Shown here: in pieces, positions 16,144-26,197 of the stretch
Layout: each line of letters starts with the position of its first letter
How positions within the stretch are numbered: the stretch's first letter is position 1
Origin: Escherichia phage vB_EcoM_D4
Direction: 5' to 3' (one strand)
Sequence record: PP886228
DNA: 64,000 nucleotides
Notes under the pieces: generated by a model
Databases searched by the model: none
The model's input: only the letters and a program-made list of their open reading frames with translations
What the model was told of the DNA's origin: nothing
Translations under genes and position numbers: made by a program

Positions 16144-16689
16144 TCAAAGGTGTCCTTTTACTTGTGGTGTATAGATATCAAAAGTTGCTTTTCCATCTGC
16201 TGATGGTCTTGACTGAATCTTAGCAAAAATTTTACGGTCATGCAACTTGTCAAAGAAGTTCTCAAAAGGTAGATACACAGTTGCCTCTTCAGTCACTTCA
16301 TGGAAAACTGTATGAAACACTACATCAGCATACGGTAAAGCACTGACAAGGATACCTGCACCACCAATTACGAAAACATCTTCTTCAATATTACTGTCAA
16401 GATACTTTAAAAATGCTCCAAAAGAGTCTTGATGAGATTTAGCAAACATAACGTCATCTTTACTAAAATCTATACCGTAATAAGGCACAGAGTTTGTTAA
16501 GATAAGGTTTTCACGTTCAGGTAAAGGATTACTTCCCAGAGTCTTGAAAGTCTCGTTACCCATTACTACTAAGTTGTCTTTAGTGAGTCTCTTAAACTCT
16601 TGCATATCCTCTTTATGTCGAGGCCACGGCATACCAGTTGGAGTACCAAACTCACCATTTCCACCACTTGCAAAGATTAATTTAATCAT
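16144..16689 (-). CDS. dihydrofolate reductase
   Basis: N-terminus MIKLIFA...MPWP and VIGGAGI Gly motif as in DHFR; adjacent to thyA. Confidence 0.75.
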   Translation of the reverse strand: MIKLIFASGGNGEFGTPTGMPWPRHKEDMQEFKRLTKDNLVVMGNETFKTLGSNPLPERENLILTNSVPYYGIDFSKDDVMFAKSHQDSFGAFLKYLDSNIEEDVFVIGGAGILVSALPYADVVFHTVFHEVTEEATVYLPFENFFDKLHDRKIFAKIQSRPSADGKATFDIYTPQVKGHL

Positions 16690-16946
16690 TTTGTAAATCC
16701 TTTCTTAATGAACCAGTTGATAACAGTCTTCACAGCTTTATTGCTATGGTAGATTAAGTGCGGTGTAGGTTGGTATGAACCATAAGCCCAGAAAGCAATA
16801 ATTTCACTACACCCTGTACATCTTGTACTCTCTTCAGCAATATGACCGTTGACTATTTCACTTACCTCGCCTTGTAAGTCTGTACATCCACAATGTGGAC
16901 AACGAATAGGTGCTCCGTCAGACTCATAGCAGTGTTCAATTTTCAT
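16686..16946 (-). CDS. zinc-ribbon protein
   Basis: CPHCGC...CTGC, two CxxC pairs, 86 aa. Confidence 0.35.
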   Translation of the reverse strand: MKIEHCYESDGAPIRCPHCGCTDLQGEVSEIVNGHIAEESTRCTGCSEIIAFWAYGSYQPTPHLIYHSNKAVKTVINWFIKKGFTK

Positions 16947-17462
16947 TTATTTAACCTCAAAAACTGGCTCAAGAACCAATATAAAGTCTACACAGTCATC
17001 TTCTTCATCCAGAATACCATCAAAGTTCTTAGGAACGAAGTCGAAGAGGCTCATAACAAAGCAGTCAGAAGTAACTCTAATAGTGCCTCCCATATTCTCT
17101 ACAGTCAACACTGTACGGCTTTCTTTTACCTCTCTCAGAAGATTACTCACAAAGTCATCTAAGAAGTACTTCATCAGTGACTTAAAGCCTTTAGGGTAAT
17201 CTGTACCAGAGTATGTTTCAATCTGAGGTACAAGCTTAACATTTATGCTAGTCTTTGTTAAGAATGTGCTAGAGAACATACTATCAGGTAACTTACAAAC
17301 AGTCTTTCCAGTACCTTCATGCTCAATCTCAACAAAACCAGCTTCGTCGCCACATGTAACTATTTTAAAAGATGCTTCATTCTCATACTGTGAAGCCATA
17401 AACTTTTTAAGCATTTCCTTAAGGAAATCTGCATGAGCATCTTGTAAGTAGATATCAATCAT
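16947..17462 (-). CDS. hypothetical protein
   Basis: 171-aa ORF packed in the - strand operon. Confidence 0.4.
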   Translation of the reverse strand: MIDIYLQDAHADFLKEMLKKFMASQYENEASFKIVTCGDEAGFVEIEHEGTGKTVCKLPDSMFSSTFLTKTSINVKLVPQIETYSGTDYPKGFKSLMKYFLDDFVSNLLREVKESRTVLTVENMGGTIRVTSDCFVMSLFDFVPKNFDGILDEEDDCVDFILVLEPVFEVK

Positions 17463-17475
17463 AGTTAATCACCTA

Positions 17476-17835
17476 TTATGGGAACAGACACTTGATGTCA
17501 TCGTTTTTGAAAACGAAACTTGTGTAATTGTGACCATCAACATCCAGCCAAACAGCCTGAACATCTACACCATCAAGATTGTGGTAAAGCTCTTTGATGA
17601 AGTGGTCTTTCACAATCTGGCTGCTAGTTGTTTCCAGCTTAATATTTGAGATTGCTGAACCTACAGCCATATAACCCATGACACGTTTCTTCTCAGTATG
17701 CTTAATCTTACCATCTTTGTAAGCCATAATGAGATTGGAAAGAATCTTCACACCATAATACTTTTCAAGGTGAGTAGGTACACCATAAAAGCCTAATGCG
17801 AAGTTTTCAGAGTGGATAATGTTTTCACGTTTCAT
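17476..17835 (-). CDS. hypothetical protein
   Basis: 119-aa ORF. Confidence 0.4.
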   Translation of the reverse strand: MKRENIIHSENFALGFYGVPTHLEKYYGVKILSNLIMAYKDGKIKHTEKKRVMGYMAVGSAISNIKLETTSSQIVKDHFIKELYHNLDGVDVQAVWLDVDGHNYTSFVFKNDDIKCLFP

Positions 17836-17836
17836 A

Positions 17837-18136
17837 TTAATCTGCCAACCTTAAATTAAAATTAACACCAAATTTTTCACATACTTCCAACATAAACTTA
17901 AGAGAAACATTACCAGTGAGATTGATTATGTTGGATACACGAGACTGAGAGATACCACAAATTTTAGCAACTTGCTCTTGAGAAAGGCCTCTGGATTTAA
18001 TCTCTCTCTTAAAACGATGTGCAACGAAGTCTCTCATTTCGTCTACATCCATTGGACAAATATAACTCTCCATTTCAGCCTCTCTGTCAGCCTCCCAATC
18101 ATCTTGTGGAGCATAAGGGTCAAAAACCTCATTCAT
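17837..18136 (-). CDS. helix-turn-helix DNA-binding protein
   Basis: QEQVAKICGISQSRVSNI resembles XRE-type HTH; start set to internal ATG 18136 with RBS. Confidence 0.4.
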   Translation of the reverse strand: MNEVFDPYAPQDDWEADREAEMESYICPMDVDEMRDFVAHRFKREIKSRGLSQEQVAKICGISQSRVSNIINLTGNVSLKFMLEVCEKFGVNFNLRLAD

Positions 18137-18341
18137 CTTTCTTCTTCCGTTTGCGTGAAGTGTCAATCAATGAATCTATGTTTGTAGCTCTGACCTTTTC
18201 ACGTTCATCGTTAAGATAATCATCAAGAGCCTTTTCAATCTGTGAATCATCTTGACAGATAACTGTAAAGACTGTAAAGCCGTCTATATCATCAATTATC
18301 TTACCATAACCGCTTCTGGGATGTAACTTTTTCAGAGCCAT
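18129..18341 (-). CDS. hypothetical protein
   Basis: 70-aa ORF. Confidence 0.3.
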   Translation of the reverse strand: MALKKLHPRSGYGKIIDDIDGFTVFTVICQDDSQIEKALDDYLNDEREKVRATNIDSLIDTSRKRKKKDE

Positions 18342-18342
18342 A

Positions 18343-18726
18343 TCAAATACCTGTGCAGCTTCTGTTTTCTAAGAAATACTCAACACCATACATAGCTTTT
18401 TGCATCAAATCTTCTTTAAACTGAATACGATGATTAAGCATAGCCTGTACATCAATATCATCATGGTGCTTCTCTTTAATATTTGCAGATTGCAGGAAAT
18501 ACTCTGCAAGAACACGATACTGATAGTCAGTTACCTTGTCAGTCATCTCTGTTAAAGATTCTTCAGAGATTGGTTTAAGTAACTCACCATTAGCCAAAGC
18601 AACACCTTTAACAATCTGGCAAGTATCTTCTGGAACACCTGATAAGTCCACATTTGGAAGTTCTGTTGCATTGACTGGTAAATTCATTGCCATAACCATT
18701 GCAGCAGCTAATAAAATCTTTTTCAT
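18343..18726 (-). CDS. secreted/periplasmic protein
   Basis: N-terminal signal peptide MKKILLAAAMVMAMNLPVNA. Confidence 0.45.
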   Translation of the reverse strand: MKKILLAAAMVMAMNLPVNATELPNVDLSGVPEDTCQIVKGVALANGELLKPISEESLTEMTDKVTDYQYRVLAEYFLQSANIKEKHHDDIDVQAMLNHRIQFKEDLMQKAMYGVEYFLENRSCTGI

Positions 18727-18787
18727 AATGACCTCAAAGTTATATTAAATTTTGTATTACATTGAGTATAAAAATAAGCTATAACAC

Positions 18788-19380
18788 CTGACTTGTCAAC
18801 AGATTTTATAGCTTATTTGGCAGATTTTTTATAAGGCTACTGCCATCCTTCCATACCTTACCACACCAAACCACACCATACCGAGCCACACCCTACCAGA
18901 CCCTACCAAACCCGACCGAGCATCACTTAAAAATCCTCTTAGAAGACTCTTAAGTGATGTAATCGAATTTTAATGTAGCTCCGATTAACTACCCATACCT
19001 CACCTTACTTAACCGTACCGCACAGAACCACACCAAACCTAACACCACTTCTCATCACCTTATTAAAAACCCTGTTTAAAGACCTTTTAAAAAGATGAGT
19101 CTCATTTTAATGTAGATGAGACTAACTACCCGCACCGAACCTCACCTGACCTGACAGCACCCGACCTCACCGCGCCATACCATACCATACTTCACTTAAA
19201 AATCCTCTTAGAAGGCTCTTAAGTGATGTAATCGAATTTTTATGTAGCTCCGATTAACTACCCGCACTTTACCAAACCTCACCCTACCCTACCAGACCTT
19301 ACCTAACCGCGCCGTACCTCATTAAAAGACCCTCTTAAAGACCTTTTAAAAAGGAGCCTCCGAAGAGGCTACCTAGTCAA
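18788..19380. repeat. four tandem-like copies of a composite module: period-5 CC tract plus conserved hairpins
   Basis: CC at exact 5-bp spacing 18851-18917 (14 units), 19262-19318, 19130-19186 and a degenerate copy 18992-19059; conserved palindromes catcacttaa...ttaagtgatg and taatcg...cgatta. Confidence 0.7.
19345..19372 (-). terminator. rho-independent terminator (minus strand)
   Basis: Minus-strand reading agcctc ttcg gaggct followed by TTTTT, directly after stop of ORF 19382-19822. Confidence 0.5.
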
Positions 19381-19381
19381 C

Positions 19382-19822
19382 TTAGAAAGGTTTTCTACGT
19401 TGCTTATTAATGTTAGCTTTCATAGCAGCTAAATGGTTTTGCTGTTCAATCAGTCGTGAGCGTTCTTGATGGCTAAGTGCCATAGTGTTCACATTCTCAA
19501 TCGCTTGAGTGGCTTGCTTTAAAGCTCGACCAATCTTGCCAGACATTTTACGTTTTGCAATAGTTGCTTGATGCTTAGGTTCAACCACACGATAACCAAC
19601 ACCCATTGAAGCAACCAGATAAATCTTCTCTTCTTTAAGAAGCTTCTCAATAAACTTCTCAAGTCGGTTTAGACGTGTAAGCGCATAAGCCTTCATTTCA
19701 TCTTCGTACTTAACAATGTCACCTTGATAAGTTGGCTTCACAATACCTAAGAATGTGTCCATCTCAGAATGTGATACAGTGTCACCGTAACTAAACTTTG
19801 CTGCTAATGCTTTTGTATTCAT
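19382..19822 (-). CDS. hypothetical protein
   Basis: 146-aa ORF flanked on both sides by repeat modules. Confidence 0.4.
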   Translation of the reverse strand: MNTKALAAKFSYGDTVSHSEMDTFLGIVKPTYQGDIVKYEDEMKAYALTRLNRLEKFIEKLLKEEKIYLVASMGVGYRVVEPKHQATIAKRKMSGKIGRALKQATQAIENVNTMALSHQERSRLIEQQNHLAAMKANINKQRRKPF

Positions 19823-19824
19823 AA

Positions 19825-20430
<606 letters not shown>

Positions 20431-20489
20431 TTAGTTGATTGTTAAGTTGTTTGTAAAGAACCCTCAACAGAAGACTCTTTAGAAACTTG

Positions 20490-20620
20490 GTAGATTTTTA
20501 ACGTGGCTACTACCATCCACCCAGACTTTACCATACCTCACCAGACCATACCTCACCTGGCCGCGCCTTGCCTTGCCAAACATCACTTAAAAACCCTTTT
20601 AAAAGACTCTTAAGTGATGC
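20490..20620. repeat. fifth copy of the period-5 CC / hairpin module
   Basis: ggtagatttttaacgtggctactacc hairpin, CC every 5 bp 20531-20577, then catcacttaa...ttaagtgatg palindrome. Confidence 0.65.
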
Positions 20621-20684
20621 TGGTGAGTACCCGTTGGTTTATGCTGCTCAGTATACTCACCAAATTTTCTATGTCAACAACTTT

Positions 20685-21821
20685 TTATTCGTAGTCTCGA
20701 ATAACGAGGCCAACAGGAAACTGTAAAGAACCCTTACGAGTCATCTTCTGGAACTGAACCGTTAAAGGCTTCCCAATAAACTCTTCAGGATGTTCAGCAA
20801 GATACTGTTTCTTCTCATGAGTAGTCTTCCATGAGACATCTACAAAGACGTTAGGAAGAGTCTCTACAACGAACTTGCCATGACCACGCTTATCAGTCTT
20901 TACACCAGTCACTTTAAATTCTTCAGTGTGCATCTTCTTGTGCTTAATCAAGAAGTACGAACGGTGACAACACTCATAGAAGGAGTCTTCAGAGATTGAA
21001 CGGTACATTGCACCTTCAAACTTAGCTTCAACCCACTTATCATGAGCTTCATCAAACTCTTCCCAAGAATTTACACGACGAGACTTAACAGGAACAACTT
21101 TACAGCCATCTCTGAAGTCATTCAATGGTGAAGTCTCAATGATATCTCTACGCTCAGGCCACGTCTTAGTGCTGTCACAGATGTCGTACCAGTAAAACTG
21201 GAGTAGATGTCGGTCTGGATTGTCAGCATTCTTAATCATAGACACAATATCTTCTAAGTCCCAACCATGAGCATAAATCTCACCATCAAAGTCTTCGACT
21301 TGTGGATGCAATTTAAGCAACAAAAGCAAATCTGGGATTAGTTCTGCTGGGACGTTGTAAACAGCATTCTCACGAGAATAAGCCGTGAAGCTAACTGAAT
21401 CAGCATCTCTTGAAATTCTACAACGTACACCATCAAGTTTTGGTTGAGCATCAGCAGGGAATATCAAATACTTTGCATGACTCACCTTTGCAGCATCATG
21501 AGCAAGCTGTACACCTACCTTCTCAGTATTCTGTGCAGACTCTTTTGTGTAAGCATAGCCTTTGCGGTCAATTTGCTTTTTATACTTAGCAGCAACTTCA
21601 AAGAGAGCTTGCTGTTCAGCGTTACGCTCATTCTTTTTACCGATGTTTTTCGGTTCTGCTGTGTACTCTTCAAACATCATCTTGCCATTTTCTTTACCGT
21701 AGGTTGTAATAACTTTGTCGCCTACAGCAACGCATGACCATACGTTGAAAGAGCCATCTTTATTTTGTTTGTACAGTATTGTCATTTTATTCCTCTGAGT
21801 GATACCAAGTGTTGCAAGCAT
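20685..21821 (-). CDS. ATP-dependent DNA ligase
   Basis: Ligase motif I KLDGVR, motif III FDGEIY, EGAMYR and LIKHKK downstream in correct order. Confidence 0.7.
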   Translation of the reverse strand: MLATLGITQRNKMTILYKQNKDGSFNVWSCVAVGDKVITTYGKENGKMMFEEYTAEPKNIGKKNERNAEQQALFEVAAKYKKQIDRKGYAYTKESAQNTEKVGVQLAHDAAKVSHAKYLIFPADAQPKLDGVRCRISRDADSVSFTAYSRENAVYNVPAELIPDLLLLLKLHPQVEDFDGEIYAHGWDLEDIVSMIKNADNPDRHLLQFYWYDICDSTKTWPERRDIIETSPLNDFRDGCKVVPVKSRRVNSWEEFDEAHDKWVEAKFEGAMYRSISEDSFYECCHRSYFLIKHKKMHTEEFKVTGVKTDKRGHGKFVVETLPNVFVDVSWKTTHEKKQYLAEHPEEFIGKPLTVQFQKMTRKGSLQFPVGLVIRDYE

Positions 21822-21978
21822 TACATGCGTAAAGCTCTAAGTCATTTTTATCTGGTTTATGAAAACAGTTTGCTCCGCAGTGGCAACGAAACGGCTTTCC
21901 ACCAACTGTCAGGATGAAAGATTGAACCTTTCCATCAGGAGTTCGTACAGCATTTTTATGCTTATCTTCTTTGTTCAT
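21787..21978 (-). CDS. zinc-finger small protein
   Basis: CHCGANC...CNACN four Cys. Confidence 0.3.
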   Translation of the reverse strand: MNKEDKHKNAVRTPDGKVQSFILTVGGKPFRCHCGANCFHKPDKNDLELYACNACNTWYHSEE

Positions 21979-22280
21979 TTTCTCTTACCACCAATCTCTA
22001 CGTCAATAACCTGAACATCACCAGCAACATCAAACTTGTGAATGATGCTTTCCACAGTGTAAGTCCAACCATCGATGCGAACCAATTCACCTTCTCGTGG
22101 GACTATTGGGTTACGTTGAGCTACGGTTGTAGTGGAGTGAACAACATCATAACAATAGATATAGTTTACTAGGACTTCCATCGTGAAAACCTCACTCAAT
22201 AACCGTAGTATGTGATTGACCATTTTTGCCATAGCTATAAGATGTTGTTGTTTGAGAGTTTGGACATCTGACAACAACAA
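21975..22280 (-). CDS. hypothetical protein
   Basis: ORF from track; real start may be internal ATG at 22181. Confidence 0.3.
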   Translation of the reverse strand: MLLSDVQTLKQQHLIAMAKMVNHILRLLSEVFTMEVLVNYIYCYDVVHSTTTVAQRNPIVPREGELVRIDGWTYTVESIIHKFDVAGDVQVIDVEIGGKRK

Positions 22281-22428
22281 TATCTCTGCTTATGGCATCG
22301 CCATGTAACTTGTAGACTTTGCAATCTTGCATCTCTGGTGGGAGGCTATAAGAAGCATTTTTATCCTCGTAAGAGGGATTGCAGCCAGCTAGAAAAATAA
22401 CACCAAGCACAATTACTGCTTTCCACAT
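22192..22428 (-). CDS. lipoprotein
   Basis: Signal peptide with lipobox LAGC. Confidence 0.45.
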   Translation of the reverse strand: MWKAVIVLGVIFLAGCNPSYEDKNASYSLPPEMQDCKVYKLHGDAISRDIVVVRCPNSQTTTSYSYGKNGQSHTTVIE

Positions 22429-22430
22429 AG

Positions 22431-22598
22431 CACTTCTCCTATTTACTGTTCACGATGTTCTACTTCTCTATATGTACGCCGGTAGTATATGATGAGCTGT
22501 GCTAAGTCGCTACTTTTAACATCTGAGCGTAACAGTTGCCAATCAAAACCTTTACCGACCCTTCCATATAAACTAAAGAATTTTACTTTGCGTTTCAT
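22431..22598 (-). CDS. small basic ORF (55 aa)
   Basis: Hand-translated MKRKVKFFSLYGRVGKGFDW...; below ORF-track cutoff. Confidence 0.2.
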
Positions 22599-22615
22599 TT
22601 TGGTGTTCCCAATAC

Positions 22616-22843
22616 TCAGAGGTCAATGCTAATACGTTCACCCTTAAGGACTCCTGTACGGTCTCTTGCAATCTTACCGTCAACAATAAGGATATGCGCA
22701 GACTTTAAAGATTCACTATTAAAACCTTTTACGAACTTACTAGGCATCACCACAATAAGCATCTCTTGAATCAACTCTGGAGTATAGCAATTGTCGTGAA
22801 GTTGCTGAATAACATCTGCAAGTGTCATTTTTGGTGTCTCCAA
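22616..22843 (-). CDS. small protein, paralogue family A
   Basis: Shares MTL...EMLIV...GKIA.D.TG.LKGER..I pattern with ORF 23031-23240. Confidence 0.4.
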   Translation of the reverse strand: METPKMTLADVIQQLHDNCYTPELIQEMLIVVMPSKFVKGFNSESLKSAHILIVDGKIARDRTGVLKGERISIDL

Positions 22844-23034
22844 TACTCAATGTCAATAAGTTCTTGTGCAATGCTTTTCAGATTACCTTTCAAGAAAACC
22901 TTCTCAGAACCTGAAAGAGATGAATTGTCAATTAACCTGTTCATTCTCTCAAACAACTTCTGTTTACGATTCTTGATAGTTTCCTTTGAAGCACCTTTCA
23001 TCATCGCTGCATGGGTTCTTCCACGGTGGCTCAT
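22825..23034 (-). CDS. small basic protein
   Basis: 69-aa ORF between the two paralogues. Confidence 0.3.
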   Translation of the reverse strand: MSHRGRTHAAMMKGASKETIKNRKQKLFERMNRLIDNSSLSGSEKVFLKGNLKSIAQELIDIEYWRHQK

Positions 23035-23240
23035 AGTAAACTCTCAATATTTACACGCTCACCTTTTAAGTAGCCTGTCTTATCTTTTGCGATTTTACCT
23101 CCAGCAATAAAGATATCTACTCTACGTAGAACTTCAGGGTTTACCCTAGAACTACTGCAAATGACAATAAGCATACTTTCAATCTCTTTTTGAGAATACC
23201 CAGCACATTGCAACTGTACTTCAATCTCTGAAAGTGTCAT
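23031..23240 (-). CDS. small protein, paralogue family A
   Basis: Paralogue of ORF 22616-22843. Confidence 0.4.
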   Translation of the reverse strand: MTLSEIEVQLQCAGYSQKEIESMLIVICSSSRVNPEVLRRVDIFIAGGKIAKDKTGYLKGERVNIESLL

Positions 23241-23301
23241 GTGACCTCCTATACAAGATACAGTATAAGGTACTCTTCCATGAGCACCTTGTCAATATTA
23301 A

Positions 23302-26001
23302 TTAGTGTACTTCAAGCCAGCTTTTACCAACCTTACCAGTACCTGTTACAAGTGTTTCTTTCTTAAGACCTAAGTTCTTAGAAGCTTGCCCATAATACCA
23401 GTCAGTAACTGCTTTCACTTCTGCCGTCATACTTTCTGGACATTCCCAACTCGTTTCATCGTGATATGCGCAGAGCAAGCGAGCACCAATAGCTGGTTGA
23501 CGACCATTCAACTTCATCAAACCTTCGTCAATCATACGACGACAAGCAAGGTTAATTGCCTCATTTTGAATCTGAGCCTCTGAACCCATCAAAAGATAGT
23601 TCAACAGTTTGTGTGGAGATTTACACCACAACCAAGCTCCAGCAACCTTTACAAAACCCCCTTTAGAGATTGCAGCAGTCTTACCAAACACCTCTTCAAG
23701 TGCTTTTTTAGTCGCTTTGTAGTCAGCTTCCAAGTCATCAAGCAGCTTCTTAATTTTAGGCAAACGAATAAAGTAAGTCTGTTTAGTCAGTGCACCTTCC
23801 TGAGTAGTTGCAGCTTTAATCGTCTTAGCAAACTTCTCATCACCTGCACCGAACAGCAGTGCATAGATACCATTCTTAGCTTTCTTACGACCCTTACTAA
23901 TCTCATGAAGAAGATTCTCATCCTGAGTAGCTCGGCAAGTCAAGATATCCTGCTCATCATTCAAGCTAAAGTAAATACTGTTCAGTGTGTGTGCATCAGT
24001 CCCTGAATAGACAACGTAAAGGTCATTCTCAGAGTCATAGCGTAGGTACTTATCAATCTCTGGATTGAGGTACTCATCAAAGTGTTTGCAGTAATAGCGT
24101 CCATCTTCTTGACGAATAAACTCAATCTCTTCTTTACCTTGCGTTACCGCTTTGGTGAAGTCTTTGTCACCCATAAAGTTACAAAGAAGAACTAGCTGGG
24201 CTGAGTTCATGTCTACAGAGACAACGTTAGTACCTTCTTCACAAATCCACACTGCCCTCATTGGTTCCCCATAGACAGCAGCACCAGACGGTACGTTTAC
24301 AATACCATACTGTGTCATACGCCCAGTTGAAGTACCAAATACCATTGCACCAGCACTAAGGCGACCATCAGGACGAATCTGGTTCAGCCAACCTTTTTCA
24401 TCATCCTTTGAGTTCTCAATAGTTCTGCGTCGGTGCATCAAAGTATAGTACTTAGCAATCTTCTGTCCAAGCTCACCTTCAATCGTATCATAAGATGATT
24501 CAGTAAGCTTTGGTGAAGTCCTAATCAGACAAGGTTCAAGTAAATCTGTGTACTTCTTCACAGACCAGTTATGCTCAATGTACTGGACACCTTCATGTTC
24601 AACATAACTCAACCCACACCGTTCAACCATCTCCTGCCACTTAGGATGCTTTGTAATCATCTTTTTGTTGTCTTTGAAACGACAAACTTTGACAGGGCGA
24701 CCGTCTGAATCTTTCTTGTAGTTCCAGTCATCTGGAATCCAACCAACTGATTTCAAATAGTCTTTAACAACTGCTACCTGAGTCATACGAGAAACTTCGA
24801 ACTCAATTGGTGTATATGGTGCATCAATCAAACCTGTGTAGCGACTTGACTCAAGCTCAAAGTGGTTAACAACATGGCTGTTATAGTACTTCACAGTTTT
24901 AACTGTTTTTACTGGCTTCCAATCTTTGCATTTCTTACCAATCTTTGCATTCAACTCATTGCAAATTGCACGAGCATCCTTCATTGCTACAAAACCTTCC
25001 TTGTACTCTTCACCAGTTACAGAGTTGGTTGGTGTATAGCAATTCCGCTTTTCAATGTTAAAAATCTTTGTAGTTGGCTTACCAAATGGCTTGATTTCAT
25101 ATGTCTGCATCTCACCGTTACGTACCTGCTGACGATACTTTGTCTTAGGGTACTTGGTAATTCTCTTCAATCCATCTGCATGCCCGAATGCTTCAACATA
25201 CTCATTCCAAGCTTTTGCAAACTCTTCTCCAGTGACTTTACCTTTGGTCTTAATAGTTGGTGGAAGGTGTGGTTCAACTTCTGAAGCAAGCTCATTAGTC
25301 AACTTGTCAAGTTCCTTTACATGAAACTCCATAAGTTCTTTATCAGCTTTCCAACCATTGATAGCTTGTTGACTCATCCAGAAAGATGTTTCTTTAGCTC
25401 GCATGTAGGTTTCATAAGTATCTACGCCACACTTCTTCAGCTTGAGATATTCATTATCCAGTGCGCGTTTAGTTTTGGCGTTAATACGGATATCTTCTAC
25501 AACACGAGTGAAGATTTCTGCATTCCACACACCCCAATGTTCAATCTCTGGTTTACGTACACCAACACGAGCACCCCATGCTGCCAAGCCATGAGCGCCT
25601 TTATAGCCTTTTGGAGTTGGTCTATCCATCCACTGAACACGAGACTGGATAAGAGAATCCTGAAAGAAATTACTCCACGGCTTACACTTTGGATTATCAA
25701 AGTTCCACAAATCAGGTGCAATGTGATTGAAAACCCACCAGTCATATCCCAGACCATTATGGATGCAAAGTCGTTTTGCCTTTAACGCAAACTCAACACC
25801 TTCACGCAAGCCACCCTTAATGTACTTGGTATACTTGTGACCGAGGATAGGTTCATCTGTAAAGACCCATACAGGCGGCTCTTCATCGTCAGATTTATAG
25901 TCTGCGAAAGCCATTACGTGCACTTTAGTGAACTCAAGGAGTAAACCATCAGTTTCTGTATCACCAACTAAATGTAAGTTTTTAAAATCTACGTTTTCCA
26001 T
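23302..26001 (-). CDS. DNA polymerase, family A (Pol I-like) with 3'-5' exonuclease
   Basis: Exo motif DTETDGL; polymerase motifs RKKAKNGIYALLFG (motif B-like) and YHDE (motif C); start set at ATG 26001 (MENVDF) with SD gagggag. Confidence 0.8.
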   Translation of the reverse strand: MENVDFKNLHLVGDTETDGLLLEFTKVHVMAFADYKSDDEEPPVWVFTDEPILGHKYTKYIKGGLREGVEFALKAKRLCIHNGLGYDWWVFNHIAPDLWNFDNPKCKPWSNFFQDSLIQSRVQWMDRPTPKGYKGAHGLAAWGARVGVRKPEIEHWGVWNAEIFTRVVEDIRINAKTKRALDNEYLKLKKCGVDTYETYMRAKETSFWMSQQAINGWKADKELMEFHVKELDKLTNELASEVEPHLPPTIKTKGKVTGEEFAKAWNEYVEAFGHADGLKRITKYPKTKYRQQVRNGEMQTYEIKPFGKPTTKIFNIEKRNCYTPTNSVTGEEYKEGFVAMKDARAICNELNAKIGKKCKDWKPVKTVKTVKYYNSHVVNHFELESSRYTGLIDAPYTPIEFEVSRMTQVAVVKDYLKSVGWIPDDWNYKKDSDGRPVKVCRFKDNKKMITKHPKWQEMVERCGLSYVEHEGVQYIEHNWSVKKYTDLLEPCLIRTSPKLTESSYDTIEGELGQKIAKYYTLMHRRRTIENSKDDEKGWLNQIRPDGRLSAGAMVFGTSTGRMTQYGIVNVPSGAAVYGEPMRAVWICEEGTNVVSVDMNSAQLVLLCNFMGDKDFTKAVTQGKEEIEFIRQEDGRYYCKHFDEYLNPEIDKYLRYDSENDLYVVYSGTDAHTLNSIYFSLNDEQDILTCRATQDENLLHEISKGRKKAKNGIYALLFGAGDEKFAKTIKAATTQEGALTKQTYFIRLPKIKKLLDDLEADYKATKKALEEVFGKTAAISKGGFVKVAGAWLWCKSPHKLLNYLLMGSEAQIQNEAINLACRRMIDEGLMKLNGRQPAIGARLLCAYHDETSWECPESMTAEVKAVTDWYYGQASKNLGLKKETLVTGTGKVGKSWLEVH

Positions 26002-26061
26002 TTTTACTCCCTCTAAAATCATTAACCTCATACATTACTGCAAAAAATTATAAAAAGCAAG

Positions 26062-26130
26062 TTGACAATGTACTTGACAAGGTGTTAATCTTTGCGAAGT
26101 GGGTTTTTACTTAAAAGGTTACTTAACAGT
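26062..26130 (+). promoter_or_regulatory. conserved element with tandem TTGACA boxes
   Basis: TTGACAatgtacTTGACAaggtg...; near-identical element at 61513-61580. Confidence 0.4.
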
Positions 26131-26197
26131 TTAACTATACAGATACTTTAAAACTCTTAAAAGATTATTTAATAGCTTTTAAAAAGCTTTAAAGTAT

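Noticed and set aside
18840-19320. C/A-rich tracts as telomere-like or low-complexity filler, or as coding sequence for a Pro/Thr-rich protein
   Set aside because: No long ORF on either strand; the strict 5-bp CC phasing across five separate copies is not explained by simple composition.
22766-23110. 114-aa plus-strand ORF opposite the small minus-strand genes; similarly 23386-24006, 24862-25785 opposite DNA polymerase and 16893-17162, 17972-18219 opposite minus-strand genes
   Set aside because: All lie antisense to tightly packed, motif-supported minus-strand genes and lack RBS-like sequences.
23302-26031. Intein or intron interrupting the DNA polymerase or ribonucleotide reductase genes
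   Set aside because: Polymerase and nrd ORFs are continuous with motifs in normal order and plausible lengths; endonuclease genes are free-standing between genes.
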